64,000 nucleotides of DNA from a virus: IMG/VR virus record IMGVR_UViG_3300045988_065440, positions 17,176-81,175 of that record; one strand, 5' to 3'. The notes beneath the pieces were generated by a model. That model was given only the letters and a program-made list of their open reading frames with translations, was not told the origin of the DNA and ran no database searches. A program made the position numbers and the translations under genes. Numbering within the stretch: position 1 is the stretch's first letter; every line of letters begins with the position of its first letter. Shown piece by piece: positions 26,601-36,700 of the stretch.

Positions 26601-29400
26601 ACTCGAAAAAACATTGTCAGTCCTTGCGTTTGACCAACTGAATCAGCTTAATGACAATTCTGATTCTGGTAGTACAAGTAATCCATCTTCTGGCTCTGGC
26701 GGTGGCGCATCACATCTTCCAGCGCTTGATGCTGCATTAGATGATGCTTTGTCTGCATATCAAAAAGCATGGGACGAAGCTTTTAAAAAGATGTCCAACA
26801 GGGCAAATGAAATGGCAGATGCCATTGTAAATGCCTTTAAAAGAAAAGACTGGAAAGGTCTTGGAAAAATCATGGCTGATGGCATCAACTGGGGGATGCA
26901 AAAGCTTTATGATTTCATTAACTGGAATAATGTAGGCCCTTACATCACTAAATTCACCAGTGCGTTCACCCAGACTTTCAACAGCCTTGTTGATAATATC
27001 AACTGGGATTTGATGGGACGTACCGTTGGAGCTGGTATTAATACAATAGTTAATACAGCCAATCAGTTACTTGAGGGAACGAATTTCAAAAACCTTGGCA
27101 AGAAATTTGCAGAAGGTATTACAGGCTTAGTTCGTGAAGTTGATTGGACTAATTTTGGAAACATGCTTGGGAACAATTTTATGAAAGCATGGGATGTGTT
27201 TACGGGATTTGTCGAAAACCTTCCATATAGCGAAATTGGTCAGTCTGTAGCAACTGGATTAAATGGAATCTTTGAGAAAGTAGACTTTGGAGAAATAGCA
27301 CATGCGCTTGCAACAGGTTTAAACGGAGCTTTTGATTCGTTAGATGCGTTTACAGAAACATTCGACTGGAATGAACTGGTTGATAATATTACAAATGGTA
27401 TTGTGACATTCATGCAGGAATTTGACTGGAAAGAGAATGGACAGAAACTTGAAAATTTTATCAATCATCTCTTAACATCATTAATTGACATCGCAGAAGG
27501 TGTTGATTGGGAAGCGTTTGGACACAATGTAGGCGTATTCCTCAGTGAAATTGACTGGGGAAAACATCTTGCACAGTTACTTACGGTTATCGGAGATGTT
27601 CTTGGTGGAATCTGGAAAGGACTTGGAACAACATCTGCTGGCACATTTGTTCAGGCAATGGCTGTTTTTGCTATTGGTGACAAATTAATGCCACTCGTTG
27701 ACACAATTACCAAATTCTTTACAGGCGATACTGTTTTTGGAAATCTTTCTAAAGCTGTACGAGGTATGCTGAGTCCCGCAATCACAGAAGCTGTATCAAC
27801 AACTATTCCGGCTCTTGGGACATCGTTAGGTTCACTTGTTGCAACCGGTGGTGGAATTGCTCTTGCAGTAGGTGGTGCAGTATTACTTACCAAGAAATTA
27901 GCAGGACTTTTTGAGACCATGCAGGGCGGTAATGGAATGACTACACAGTATGGTGGTTATCTCCATGATTACGCAACGCAGCTTACCAATGTAGCAAATC
28001 TTACAAACGATCAATCGGAAGCGTTGTGGCAGTTGATTGAAAAGGACGAAGAGCTTGGAAAAACTCACGATGAAATGTACTCTGATATGGTTAGCAAACT
28101 TTCTGAGTATGGTGTTTCAGCAGAGCAAGCTAGAACAGCTCTTGAGCAATACGGAGCGCAAGCAGGTGTATCGGCTGAATTTGTTGAAGGCATGACCGAT
28201 CAAATTTCTGCTCTTGGAGAAGGTGTATCTGAAGCTGCAAGTAAATTTGATACATCAAAAATAAGTGTCGATAATTTGAAGGCTACTCTGTACGCATTGA
28301 GTCTTTCTTCTACAGAATTCGGAAGTAATTATACGACGGCATGGAATGCAATAAGCGAAGTACCTTATAGCAACACAAAAGATGCATTAGACGCGGTCTA
28401 CACTTCTCTCAAAAACGCAGGTGTTCCACTTGACGAACTTGATAAGAAGTTAAGAGAAGATTTTCCAGAAGCAACTGTAGCTACTAAATCAGCAGTAGAC
28501 AAGAATATTGTTGGAGCGCAGCAGACTATTTCAACATCAGTTGGACAAGCATCTAAAGATACAAAGACAGCCACAAATGAAATGGCAAAAAATGCCACAG
28601 ATGATTTCTCGGAAATTCAGAAACAAGCCGATACTTACATGAAAGGCATGGAAAGCACAACTACTAGCTCATGGGGCAACTCTTCCAGAGAAGCTACATT
28701 GAAAGCCAGGGAAATGAAGAATGCCGTAAGCACAGAACTCGGGAACATGGACAAATCTGTAACAAGCCATTTCCAAAGTCAGTACAACATTGCTTATAAG
28801 AAATGGGAGAATATCGGAAGAGATATTTCTTCCTACATTTCAAAGGACATGAACAACAAAATTGGCAGTTCCTTGAACAGTGTTGTAGATACAATCAAGA
28901 GCAAGTTTGCCGGGTTGTATAATGTCGGCAAAAATGCAATGCAAGAACTGTCAAACGGCATGAAATCTGTCCATATCAGTACACCGCATATGTGGATGAA
29001 CATGAACGCTTCCACAAGCGGAAACCACTATTCCTACAACTGGAATTCTGGTGTAAATTGGTATGCAAAAGGTGGTTTGTTCAAAAATGCATCTGTCATT
29101 GGCGTAGGTGAAGCAGGGCAGGAAGCCGTTCTTCCTTTGGAAAATCGTAAAGCCATGAAATCCATTGCTGACAGTATCATGTCCGGCTATGACGGTAACA
29201 TGGGACTTACGAAAGATGAGATCATGGAAGCTGTCGAGCGTGGCGTAGTTACTGCTTTGATGAACAATGGTGGCTTTGGCGGTTCCTCACCAGAATACAT
29301 TATGAACAGCATCAAAGTGAATGAGCGTGAACTGGCACGAATCGTCACAAAAGCGCAAAATAATACAGATTACCGCATGAATCCGTCACCTGTGTATTGA
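23686..29400 (+). CDS. tail tape measure protein
   Basis: 1904 aa, alpha-helical and repetitive, with hydrophobic segments. AAGGAGG SD. Canonical position. Confidence 0.9.
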   Translation: MADNTIDTLNIQIESSSSRAVQSINDLIKKLDVLNKSLNGINTGGLRNYAKELGRVTVAFSSLGNVNTSGLDRTIAKLNALSKINLSNLQNQKISLDLEIKGGDQTQKLQYAIDKTIRDIKVDTSSLSEQLIKSFDLKGGAAAKIRAQMNDLSKAMASSYDGTDMSVKLNDTLNSIANTIIKSGSVVKGNLGSYLDGAEQEWIDFYNFFKNKRIYVSDMLKADVGNGEFNSLLKENLSNIVRDAAKGINLNESWGELADRFPTLIPKDTINAADQLIAVLENLKKVRDSIKPVSIQDLTGKDSAMASDKAWGFSTDAYNQLAESVKKRIESALSTANGELPVDVKINTDKIVLDIQKAINKAADLKYNTVNVTLDADVTTVKDAITKKLKDIDAGEMTDLSTSMSKFATSLRDLGSVNFKGTGLNAVINSINRLGKSDFSQFDTGKLGEILTEMQKLDTIPDVSPSVSRFTTAIAKLADTGQYIGNVSKELPNLATGLNNTAAKLSSMSEVSASTNAFITSLGKLASAGDKTGKTASQLSTLAQEVLKFFDAMKSAPDISSSTIRMTEALAVLASSGSKVGRATNSVSNSFNTLSSLGSKANTVIHGLTNAFQKFASKAISLGGKAVSAIAGIGNASSEAGEKIRRLSNPLSSVTNKLSALYAKGFLAKRALDVLTSPVESAMNYVETLNYFNSAFNQVAEGIDTDEWKKSGIKSAEAYANSFQERAKQLSQKLTGFEVSDTGELARTNTASLGLDPEKTMQYQATFAQMASSMGDTSETALKLSNALTMIGADLASVRNMDFEDVWQDMASGLTGMSRAMDKYGINIRNANMQQELYNLGINTSISNLSQADKTILRTIILLNNSKYAWADLSNTINQPANQIRMLQANFASLGRTIGSLFIPILQTVLPYINAIVIALQRMFAYIAKLLGIKLSNFVSSTGGISVDTGDIADNMDNASGAIDNANTSAKKLEKTLSVLAFDQLNQLNDNSDSGSTSNPSSGSGGGASHLPALDAALDDALSAYQKAWDEAFKKMSNRANEMADAIVNAFKRKDWKGLGKIMADGINWGMQKLYDFINWNNVGPYITKFTSAFTQTFNSLVDNINWDLMGRTVGAGINTIVNTANQLLEGTNFKNLGKKFAEGITGLVREVDWTNFGNMLGNNFMKAWDVFTGFVENLPYSEIGQSVATGLNGIFEKVDFGEIAHALATGLNGAFDSLDAFTETFDWNELVDNITNGIVTFMQEFDWKENGQKLENFINHLLTSLIDIAEGVDWEAFGHNVGVFLSEIDWGKHLAQLLTVIGDVLGGIWKGLGTTSAGTFVQAMAVFAIGDKLMPLVDTITKFFTGDTVFGNLSKAVRGMLSPAITEAVSTTIPALGTSLGSLVATGGGIALAVGGAVLLTKKLAGLFETMQGGNGMTTQYGGYLHDYATQLTNVANLTNDQSEALWQLIEKDEELGKTHDEMYSDMVSKLSEYGVSAEQARTALEQYGAQAGVSAEFVEGMTDQISALGEGVSEAASKFDTSKISVDNLKATLYALSLSSTEFGSNYTTAWNAISEVPYSNTKDALDAVYTSLKNAGVPLDELDKKLREDFPEATVATKSAVDKNIVGAQQTISTSVGQASKDTKTATNEMAKNATDDFSEIQKQADTYMKGMESTTTSSWGNSSREATLKAREMKNAVSTELGNMDKSVTSHFQSQYNIAYKKWENIGRDISSYISKDMNNKIGSSLNSVVDTIKSKFAGLYNVGKNAMQELSNGMKSVHISTPHMWMNMNASTSGNHYSYNWNSGVNWYAKGGLFKNASVIGVGEAGQEAVLPLENRKAMKSIADSIMSGYDGNMGLTKDEIMEAVERGVVTALMNNGGFGGSSPEYIMNSIKVNERELARIVTKAQNNTDYRMNPSPVY

Positions 29401-29449
29401 TTTTACGGTATGGATGTGGTAATATGATAAATGCATAAACGTTAAGAAG

Positions 29450-29510
29450 AGAGCACACTAAAGATGAAACGAGGGAAAAACCTCACGATTCTTTAATGTG
29501 CTCTTTTTTT
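29450..29510 (+). terminator. terminator after tape measure gene
   Basis: AGAGCACACTAAAG (29450-29463) pairs with CTTTAATGTGCTCT (29491-29504, 1 mismatch), then TTTTTTT. Confidence 0.6.
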
Positions 29511-29511
29511 G

Positions 29512-29626
29512 TTTGGTAAAACCAACAGGCTAGACCGATCATCGAAAAGCGGAAATGCCTTGCCGCCTGCCTGTTGATTTACATACATTTCAAGGCATCT
29601 TTTATACGAAAGGCAGGTATTTTTTT
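29512..29626 (+). ncRNA. structured leader, copy 1 (riboswitch-like or cis-regulatory)
   Basis: TTTGGTAAAACCA block. P1 CAACAGGC (29523-29530)/GCCTGTTG (29569-29576). ATGCCTTG (29555-29562)/CAAGGCAT (29591-29598). Alternative helix CCTGCCT (29566-29572)/AGGCAGG (29611-29617) followed by a T-run. Confidence 0.45.
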
Positions 29627-30097
29627 ATGAAATTCAAAGAACAATCAAAAAGTCTCAATATTCCAATATCAAGAGAACCTATTATCTACTTTCTTCTGGA
29701 CGGAGATGAAGTGGTTTATGTTGGGCAATCCCGATTGGGACTTTTTCGTCCGTACAGTCATGCAAATAAACATTTTACTTCGGTTTCTGTTATTAAATGT
29801 CAACTAGAAGAACTGGATTCTTTGGAGATTTTTTATATCAGAAAATATTTACCAAAATACAATCAAAAACTTGTTGACGATAAGCATGAGTTCTCTTTTG
29901 GAAAAGTAAGAAGAATAATAAGAGATCAAACAGATTTTAAAAATTGTACTGTTTTTCATATAAGGAAAATGGTAAAAATTATGAAAATAAATACTTTTTC
30001 TATTCAAGATACTTTTTACATGGCATCTGATGATGCGGAAAAAATAATTGATTATGTAAATTCTCATTATGACGGTCACGAATTAAAAGTATCGTAA
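29627..30097 (+). CDS. GIY-YIG nuclease (free-standing homing-endonuclease-like)
   Basis: IIYFLLDGDEVVYVGQS...R..YSH...E...YI..Y.PKYN matches the GIY-YIG core. ATG 29627. Confidence 0.65.
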   Translation: MKFKEQSKSLNIPISREPIIYFLLDGDEVVYVGQSRLGLFRPYSHANKHFTSVSVIKCQLEELDSLEIFYIRKYLPKYNQKLVDDKHEFSFGKVRRIIRDQTDFKNCTVFHIRKMVKIMKINTFSIQDTFYMASDDAEKIIDYVNSHYDGHELKVS

Positions 30098-30098
30098 T

Positions 30099-30229
30099 TT
30101 TGGTAAAACCAGTAGGCTAGGGTAGCTCCCGAAAAGTGTAAACCTTGATGCACCTGCCTGCTGTTTTTATAAATCAAGGATTCTGGCATATTACGGAGAT
30201 GCCAACGACCAACAAGGAGGTTATCTATT
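30099..30229 (+). ncRNA. structured leader, copy 2
   Basis: Same TTTGGTAAAACCA, AGGCTAG, CGAAAAG and CCTGCCTG blocks. P1 CAGTAGGC (30110-30117)/GCCTGCTG (30156-30163) with a compensatory A:U to G:C change. CCTTGAT (30143-30149)/ATCAAGG (30173-30179). Confidence 0.45.
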
Positions 30230-31387
30230 ATGAACTACAAAGAATTATTATATAACAAAGACAAAGTTCTTACATTTTACCCAGAATTAGCAGTAATTTT
30301 GAATAAATTCGATGAAATTGAATCTAAAAGAATTTCAGAAGAAACAGGTGAGCTTAAAAAACCGGATAAAACTGGATTAAACAAAGCTATATTTCTGAAT
30401 CAGTTAAATTATTGGATTGAATTGAACGAACAATCAGGAATCAATTTCGAAGATGGATATTATTGGTCATACAGTTCTTATCCAAAAATGATTGAAAGAG
30501 ATTTTCCATATTGGTCTGTTGACACGCTTAAGCGAGCAGTCACATCTTTAGAAAAATACGGAATTGTGATATCTGCAAATTATAATAGCATGAAGATGGA
30601 CAAAAAGAAATGGTATCGCATAGATTACAAGAGGTTGCAGGAAGTAATTGATATTGTGAAACATCATGATGAGTTAGCTAATTCTGATGTAAATGCAATA
30701 TGCACCGATGTCGATGCAAAATGCACCGATGATGAGGGCAATGTAAGTCGAGCAATAAAAGAGAATAGATATAATAAAGATTACAGTAGTAAAGAGAATA
30801 CAGATAAAGACTGTATTTTACCAAATACAGAGGAAAAGACTTTACCATCGTCTGGTAAAGGAGTAAAGACTTCTGCTCCTAATAATATAAATATACTAAA
30901 TATAAATAATATACCACCTAGAACGAAAGAGCAGAAGCAGAAACGATGCACGCAGGCGAAAAAGAATCGCTCTGTCGATTACAAAGACGAAGAACTACCG
31001 ACAATCCTGTACAATGGATTTAATTCTCTGTACGGGGACAAAGAAGATATTTTGGAAGACCACGACATCTGCCTGACTATGGCATTAGTCAGCAACTTCT
31101 TTGAAAAATTCAAACAGTATCGGGGAGAACGACACCCGATGGTTTATGCCAATGATCTTGACCAGTTCCTGAGTATGATTCGAAATGCTGACTCGGATAT
31201 GGTGAAAGACGGAATAGTCGAAGAGGATGAGGAGCCGCAATATTATCTGGACATGATGGACGAGTATTTCGGCTCTGACATTGGGAAGAACAACAATATG
31301 GACTGCGATTATCATATCTGGATGTTTTTCACAGAAAGAACGCAGAACATTTTGTACAACCGTGTAAAACAGAAGCGGAATGAATAG
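30230..31387 (+). CDS. hypothetical protein (possible winged-helix DNA-binding N-terminal domain)
   Basis: 385 aa; CAAGGAGG SD. The N-terminal ~150 aa resemble DnaD/Rep-type winged-helix proteins (weak call). Confidence 0.6.
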   Translation: MNYKELLYNKDKVLTFYPELAVILNKFDEIESKRISEETGELKKPDKTGLNKAIFLNQLNYWIELNEQSGINFEDGYYWSYSSYPKMIERDFPYWSVDTLKRAVTSLEKYGIVISANYNSMKMDKKKWYRIDYKRLQEVIDIVKHHDELANSDVNAICTDVDAKCTDDEGNVSRAIKENRYNKDYSSKENTDKDCILPNTEEKTLPSSGKGVKTSAPNNINILNINNIPPRTKEQKQKRCTQAKKNRSVDYKDEELPTILYNGFNSLYGDKEDILEDHDICLTMALVSNFFEKFKQYRGERHPMVYANDLDQFLSMIRNADSDMVKDGIVEEDEEPQYYLDMMDEYFGSDIGKNNNMDCDYHIWMFFTERTQNILYNRVKQKRNE

Positions 31388-31399
31388 GGAGGAACGAAT

Positions 31400-31795
31400 A
31401 TGTTATTTTGGGGAATTATTATTTTTATTGTGCTTTGCATCATTTTAGCCATGTATACTGAAAACGAAGCATTAGGTACTTTTACAATTATATGCTCAAT
31501 AATTGGATTTATAGCTTTGGCATGTTCTGCATTTGCTCTTGCGATTAATTATTTTGGCTACAAAGCAGTCCTCCAAACAAACATTGAAACTTACAAGGCA
31601 CTGACCTATAAGGCAGAAAGTGGCGCATGTCGTGATCAATTCGGATTGCTGAGCAAAGATGTATTAGACGAAATTCAAAACTGGAACGAAGAAGTCACAC
31701 ATTACAAAACCATGGAAGGCAATTTCTGGTTGGGTATTTTTTATCCTGATGTGTACGGGGGTTTGGGGACGATTGATTATGAACTGTACAAATAA
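31400..31795 (+). CDS. membrane protein (2 TM)
   Basis: GGGAGG SD. Two N-terminal hydrophobic helices. Confidence 0.6.
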   Translation: MLFWGIIIFIVLCIILAMYTENEALGTFTIICSIIGFIALACSAFALAINYFGYKAVLQTNIETYKALTYKAESGACRDQFGLLSKDVLDEIQNWNEEVTHYKTMEGNFWLGIFYPDVYGGLGTIDYELYK

Positions 31796-31924
31796 TTTGC
31801 TTTCATTGAACAAAACGAGTTAAAAACCATTTGAAATACCGTAGGTGATAATTTCCTTACGTAAACGATTCAAATTGATTCTGGTCAAAAATATTACAAT
31901 AATTGATTAGGAAGTGAGAAAGAA

Positions 31925-32254
31925 ATGAGTAAACTTGGAAAAGAAATGCCGGAAGAGTATTCAGACAGATTTGATGAACTGCGCCAGAACAGAGTTGAGA
32001 CAAGTTATTATAAATATGGCACGGCAAAAGATAATTTCGGTGAGAAATTGGTAAACGCCATAGAATCTCATGATATGTGCGTCAAAAAATATCTTAAAAC
32101 CGGCAACACGGAGTATCTTTGCGATGCTGCGAATTATTTGATGTTTGAATTTATGTATCCACAAATCAAAGGTGCGTATTTCAAAGCTACTGACAGCGGA
32201 GAAAGTGCCGGAGTAGCTGGAACACCAATTAATCAGTTAAAGGAGAAGTGGTAA
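31925..32254 (+). CDS. hypothetical protein
   Basis: 109-aa ORF with a GGAAGTGAG SD. Confidence 0.55.
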   Translation: MSKLGKEMPEEYSDRFDELRQNRVETSYYKYGTAKDNFGEKLVNAIESHDMCVKKYLKTGNTEYLCDAANYLMFEFMYPQIKGAYFKATDSGESAGVAGTPINQLKEKW

Positions 32255-32255
32255 A

Positions 32256-32888
32256 ATGAAAAAATTCAAAAATGTGCTACTTGCAATTTTATGTTTGTTC
32301 CTCGTTACGGGAGCCACAGGATGTGCCCTGTTGGACGATACACTCAATGATATCAAAGGCGATCTTGCTGGAAATGGATATACCATCCGTACATACGACA
32401 ACTATGGCGAAAAGGTTATGACTACAGTCGGGGACAAAATCAACGTAAAAGGAAATCCGGTCAAAACAACATCATACGACAGTGACGGTTCTGTGATTAC
32501 TGGATATGAAATGTCGTCTGTAATTACCATCAACATTGACGGAAAAGAAATTCAGAGCTGCGGAGACACCTGTATATTCGAGCAAGACGGATTGGAACCG
32601 GATGTAGATTTTGAACAGACAGATATTTACAGTCAATCCACCGGAAAGATTGATGAAAATACATATATTGCCGGAATCGTAAACCAATATAAAAATTATT
32701 TTGGAAAATCCCAAGTGGTAGTTATTAAATCGCAACTCGGACAACCTATCACAGCATATTCTGGTGACGAGGTGTATTGGAAGATTCCGAAGAAATTACC
32801 TAAAATGACAAAACTTATGATCGACGGGAAAGCCCTTTATATTCACAGGGCAAACTTTCAGATCATTGACACTGCGTTATTGAATTAA
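32256..32888 (+). CDS. lipoprotein
   Basis: MKKFKNVLLAILCLFLVTGATGC: signal peptide plus lipobox. Confidence 0.65.
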   Translation: MKKFKNVLLAILCLFLVTGATGCALLDDTLNDIKGDLAGNGYTIRTYDNYGEKVMTTVGDKINVKGNPVKTTSYDSDGSVITGYEMSSVITINIDGKEIQSCGDTCIFEQDGLEPDVDFEQTDIYSQSTGKIDENTYIAGIVNQYKNYFGKSQVVVIKSQLGQPITAYSGDEVYWKIPKKLPKMTKLMIDGKALYIHRANFQIIDTALLN

Positions 32889-32904
32889 TAAGAGGTATAT
32901 AGAA

Positions 32905-33213
32905 ATGCAGACTAATTATATTGAACTTGGAAGAAGTCGTTTTTTCAGGAACAAACAATTTGCCTACATAGACACAATGGGATTTCTTGCTGATCGGATT
33001 TTTATAGAGAATAAAGTCCGAGTAAAATTCTGCGGGGACTACAAACACAGAGAGAAAAATTATGTTGTCGTAATCTGCAAAGTAAAGGAAAAAGATGTAC
33101 CTATGTTTTTGCAGGCACTGAAAGAATTAAAGAATCGGGCACTTCTTATGGGGAATACGGATTATGAGACATTTTGCAAAGAACAAATCCGTTTAATGCA
33201 AAGTAAAATATAA
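32905..33213 (+). CDS. hypothetical protein
   Basis: 102-aa ORF with an AGAGGT SD. Confidence 0.55.
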   Translation: MQTNYIELGRSRFFRNKQFAYIDTMGFLADRIFIENKVRVKFCGDYKHREKNYVVVICKVKEKDVPMFLQALKELKNRALLMGNTDYETFCKEQIRLMQSKI

Positions 33214-33297
33214 CTTTTTCTTACTGAATCTCACCTTGTATATGTGATAAAATAAAGAATCATAAAGCGTCTATCAGAGCGATAGGCGCTATTTTTA
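33212..33297 (+). promoter_or_regulatory. repeat element copy 3: promoter-like box, leader and terminator hairpin
   Basis: CTTACTGAAT (33220-33229), 18 nt, TAAAAT. AGCGTCTATC/GATAGGCGCT 10-bp hairpin (33266-33290, 1 G:U), then ATTTTTA. Confidence 0.5.
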
Positions 33298-33322
33298 TGC
33301 GATTTTTAAGGAAGGTGACAAA

Positions 33323-33721
33323 ATGTCGATTATATTTGTAAAACCAATGGGTGCTCCCGAAAACCAAAAGCAGGGTTTTTCACCTTCTGGATTTTCATGG
33401 GGGCTTCAAGACATATCAGCCGCAAAGTCTGGAAGATCTGATGATACAGACATGCACAAAAACAGAATTGGACAAGCCCGAAAAATTGGTTTGTCTTGGA
33501 ATGGGCCGGATAAAGATGAAACAAGTCGCATATTAAAAGCATTTAATCCTGAATATGTGGATATGTATTACGAAGACGATATGGACAATAAGTGGGAATG
33601 GCGAACATTTTACGTTGGAGATAGAAGTGCGATGCGTAAATGTTGGTGGATTGGAAATAAAAGGCATGAAACGGTGTCTTTTGATATTATCGAAAAACAT
33701 GGAAGGAAAGGCGCGTTTTGA
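33323..33721 (+). CDS. distal tail protein-like (tentative)
   Basis: 132 aa, immediately upstream of the large tail/fibre protein. AAGGAAGGTG SD. Confidence 0.4.
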   Translation: MSIIFVKPMGAPENQKQGFSPSGFSWGLQDISAAKSGRSDDTDMHKNRIGQARKIGLSWNGPDKDETSRILKAFNPEYVDMYYEDDMDNKWEWRTFYVGDRSAMRKCWWIGNKRHETVSFDIIEKHGRKGAF

Positions 33722-36700
33722 GAAATTTATCATCTAACTGGAAAGAAAAAGTTAAGAACGGAATGGACGTGCAGTACCTCAAGTATGCAGATATTACACT
33801 TACAGACGGAACTGTACTCAATCTGACCAGTGCCGATCTGTGGCAAAACGGATTAAGCTTTGAAGATTCCGTATCCAGTGATAGTACTTTTGATATCGGT
33901 TCTGCAATCGTTAATGTATTGGATTTAAGTATTAATAACTTTAATGGCGAATACTCTGGTTATGATTTTGAGGGAGCAGAAGTAGTTGCATATGTTGGAT
34001 TGGAACTGGACAATGAAACTACTGAAAAAATCCGCATTTGCACAATGACAGTTGTTGAACAGCCGGAAGATGAAACAGTAACCATCGACCTGACGTGCGA
34101 AGATAATATGCGGAAATTTGATCGTAATTATTCTGACAGTAAGCTGAAATATCCGGCAACCAGAGGGCAAATTATCAGGGATGCCTGCGAAGTATGTGGA
34201 GTAACCTTGCAGACAACGTCTTTTGACAGAGATGATTATATTGTACAGATACGCCCTGACAATGAGGCTTTGACGTTCCGCCAGGTATTACAATGGGTAG
34301 CTCAGATCGGATGCCAGTGGTTAAGATGTGATGAATATGGCAGACTTTGCGTAAAGTGGTACGATACAGAAAAAACAGATGCACAGGAAATCGACACGAC
34401 CTACGGGTTTACACCACAGCACACCGATGTTGTAATTACTGGTATTCAAGTAACTGAATACAGTGATTCTTCAAATGAAGAACCAGAAAGCTATATGGTT
34501 GGTACGCAGGGATATGTACTAGCTATTTCTGATAACAAATTAATCAGAAAAGGCGACGGGCAAACCATTGCTTCGATGATTGCCGAGAAATGTGTTGGAA
34601 TGATATTTAGACCATTTGAATCTCAATGTCCTACAGACGTAGCCTTGGAAGCCGGAGATGCAATCACAATAGAAGACCGAAATGGAAATCTGTATAACAC
34701 ATACCTCACGACTACCACTTTGCAGCCGGGAGCTGGACAAAATATTGCTTGTAATGCAAAAAGCGCAGCAAAAAACAGCACTGTGCGGTACGGACAACTT
34801 ACTCAGGCGTATGTTGACGCTCGAAAACTTGTCAAAAAAGAACAGACTGCAAGAGAACGTGCCATACAAAATCTTGAAGAATCTCTGTCTATTGGAAGCG
34901 GACTGTTTGCAACTTATGTGAAACAGGAAGACGGAAGTACAATTTCGTATTTCCATGACAAAGCAAAGCTCGAAGATTCTACGAATGTAATCAAGATCAC
35001 GTCAGAAGCGGTAGGCGTTTCAAACGATGGCGGTAAAACATATCCGTTTGGTTTCCAATTAACCGGAACCATGATAGCAAAATTGTTATACGCAGAGGGA
35101 ATTAATGCGGATTTTATCAACGCCGGTGCGCTTACTATTAAGGACGGACAAGGAAATATAATCTTTTCCGTCAACATGGACACAAATTCTGTGTACATCA
35201 ACCCGGAATATCTGATGATTGGAGACGTGAGCCTGTCTGACAAAATTAAAGAACTGGATGAAAATGTTGCCGCAGCTAAGAACATGACCATGACACTTTC
35301 AAATGAGTATCAGGCGATTTCTACTGATGAGAACGGAAACATTCCCGGAGAGTTTCCACAGGTGCAGACCACTGCACAGGTAATGTACGGAACGATGGAC
35401 GTAACGGACGATTGCAGTTATACGATCACGGAATCTGAAAATGTGACCGGAATCTGGGATAAATCTACGCACACTTATACTGTTAGCGAAGTTACGGCAG
35501 ATAATGTATGGGTTGACATCAAAGCAGTGTATCTGAATGCTCTCACCATAACCAAAAGATTCAGCGTATCTAAGCAGAAATCTGGTACTCCCGGAAGAAC
35601 TTACGTGTTGGAATCATCTACTACAATTCTGAAGAAAGAAAGTGAAAACAGCATAACACCAAATGTTGTGATATTTAGCGCGTACTACCGTGATGGCAAG
35701 AACACAGGTAGAACAGATTATGCCGGAAGATTTGTTATTGAGGAAACGTCCGATGGAAAGACATGGAAGACAGCTTATTCGAGTGTAGCAGATGAGACCA
35801 GCGTTAACTACTATGCAGATTACGTTTTTGCGGATTCTGATGGAGTATTGGTTGCAGACAGCGACGGTTCACTGATTGGTGCCCGTTCAAAAGATATCGT
35901 AGGATTACGGTGCAGCTTGTACGCATCGGGTGGAACCACGAATCTGATTGACACAGTCAAGCTTGATGTTATCACAGAAGTCACGGCTCTGACGCAGGAA
36001 GATATTTTGAAACTCCTGACCAATGATGGAGAATGGAAAGGCGTTTACAGGGGTGCGGATGGGGAACTGTACATTTCGTTCAGCGCCGCAATGGGCGGTT
36101 TGTTGAAGCTGGGAGGAAAAAACAATGGAAATGGTGTTTTGCATATTTACGATACCTACGGCAGGGTCAAAGCAACATTAAATTACAATGGACTTGTTGT
36201 CTATGATACACCATTAAATCCTGACACTACAACATCACAAAAATACTCGGGACTTCTTTTTAATGGAGCATCAATCAAACCAGTAGATGGAACAACAAAT
36301 TTAATTGATGACGACGAGATTATTGAAATTGATACCGACGGAATATTTTATGGTAGGTATGTAAGTGACGATGGCAGTCCTATCTTTGACGCAGAATTTA
36401 GTATCTTATATGCATATAAATTTGATTGCAATGATTTTTCTTGCAACGGTGGAAATGCAAAACTCGAAAGTGTTAAAACTGATTCTGCGGAAATCAAAGA
36501 TGCAACGATTACAAATGCCGTAATCACTAATCTAAAAAATGTAGTAATTACAAATTCAAGACTTGAAGGAGATGTTATAGGAAGTATTTCAGGCACAGCA
36601 TCTCTTAAAAGTTTGAAATTAACAAATCTCCAATCTGCCACAGATGGTGCAGCGTTAATTGTCAGTTCTTCGGGAATGGTATTTAAGCGATCATCCTCAT

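Noticed and set aside
29512-29626. Assignment of the duplicated leader to a named riboswitch class (c-di-GMP, ZTP, preQ1)
   Set aside because: Only short resemblances are present (GGTAAAACC, CGAAAAG, CCGCCTG). The conserved cores of those classes are absent, so the class is left unassigned.
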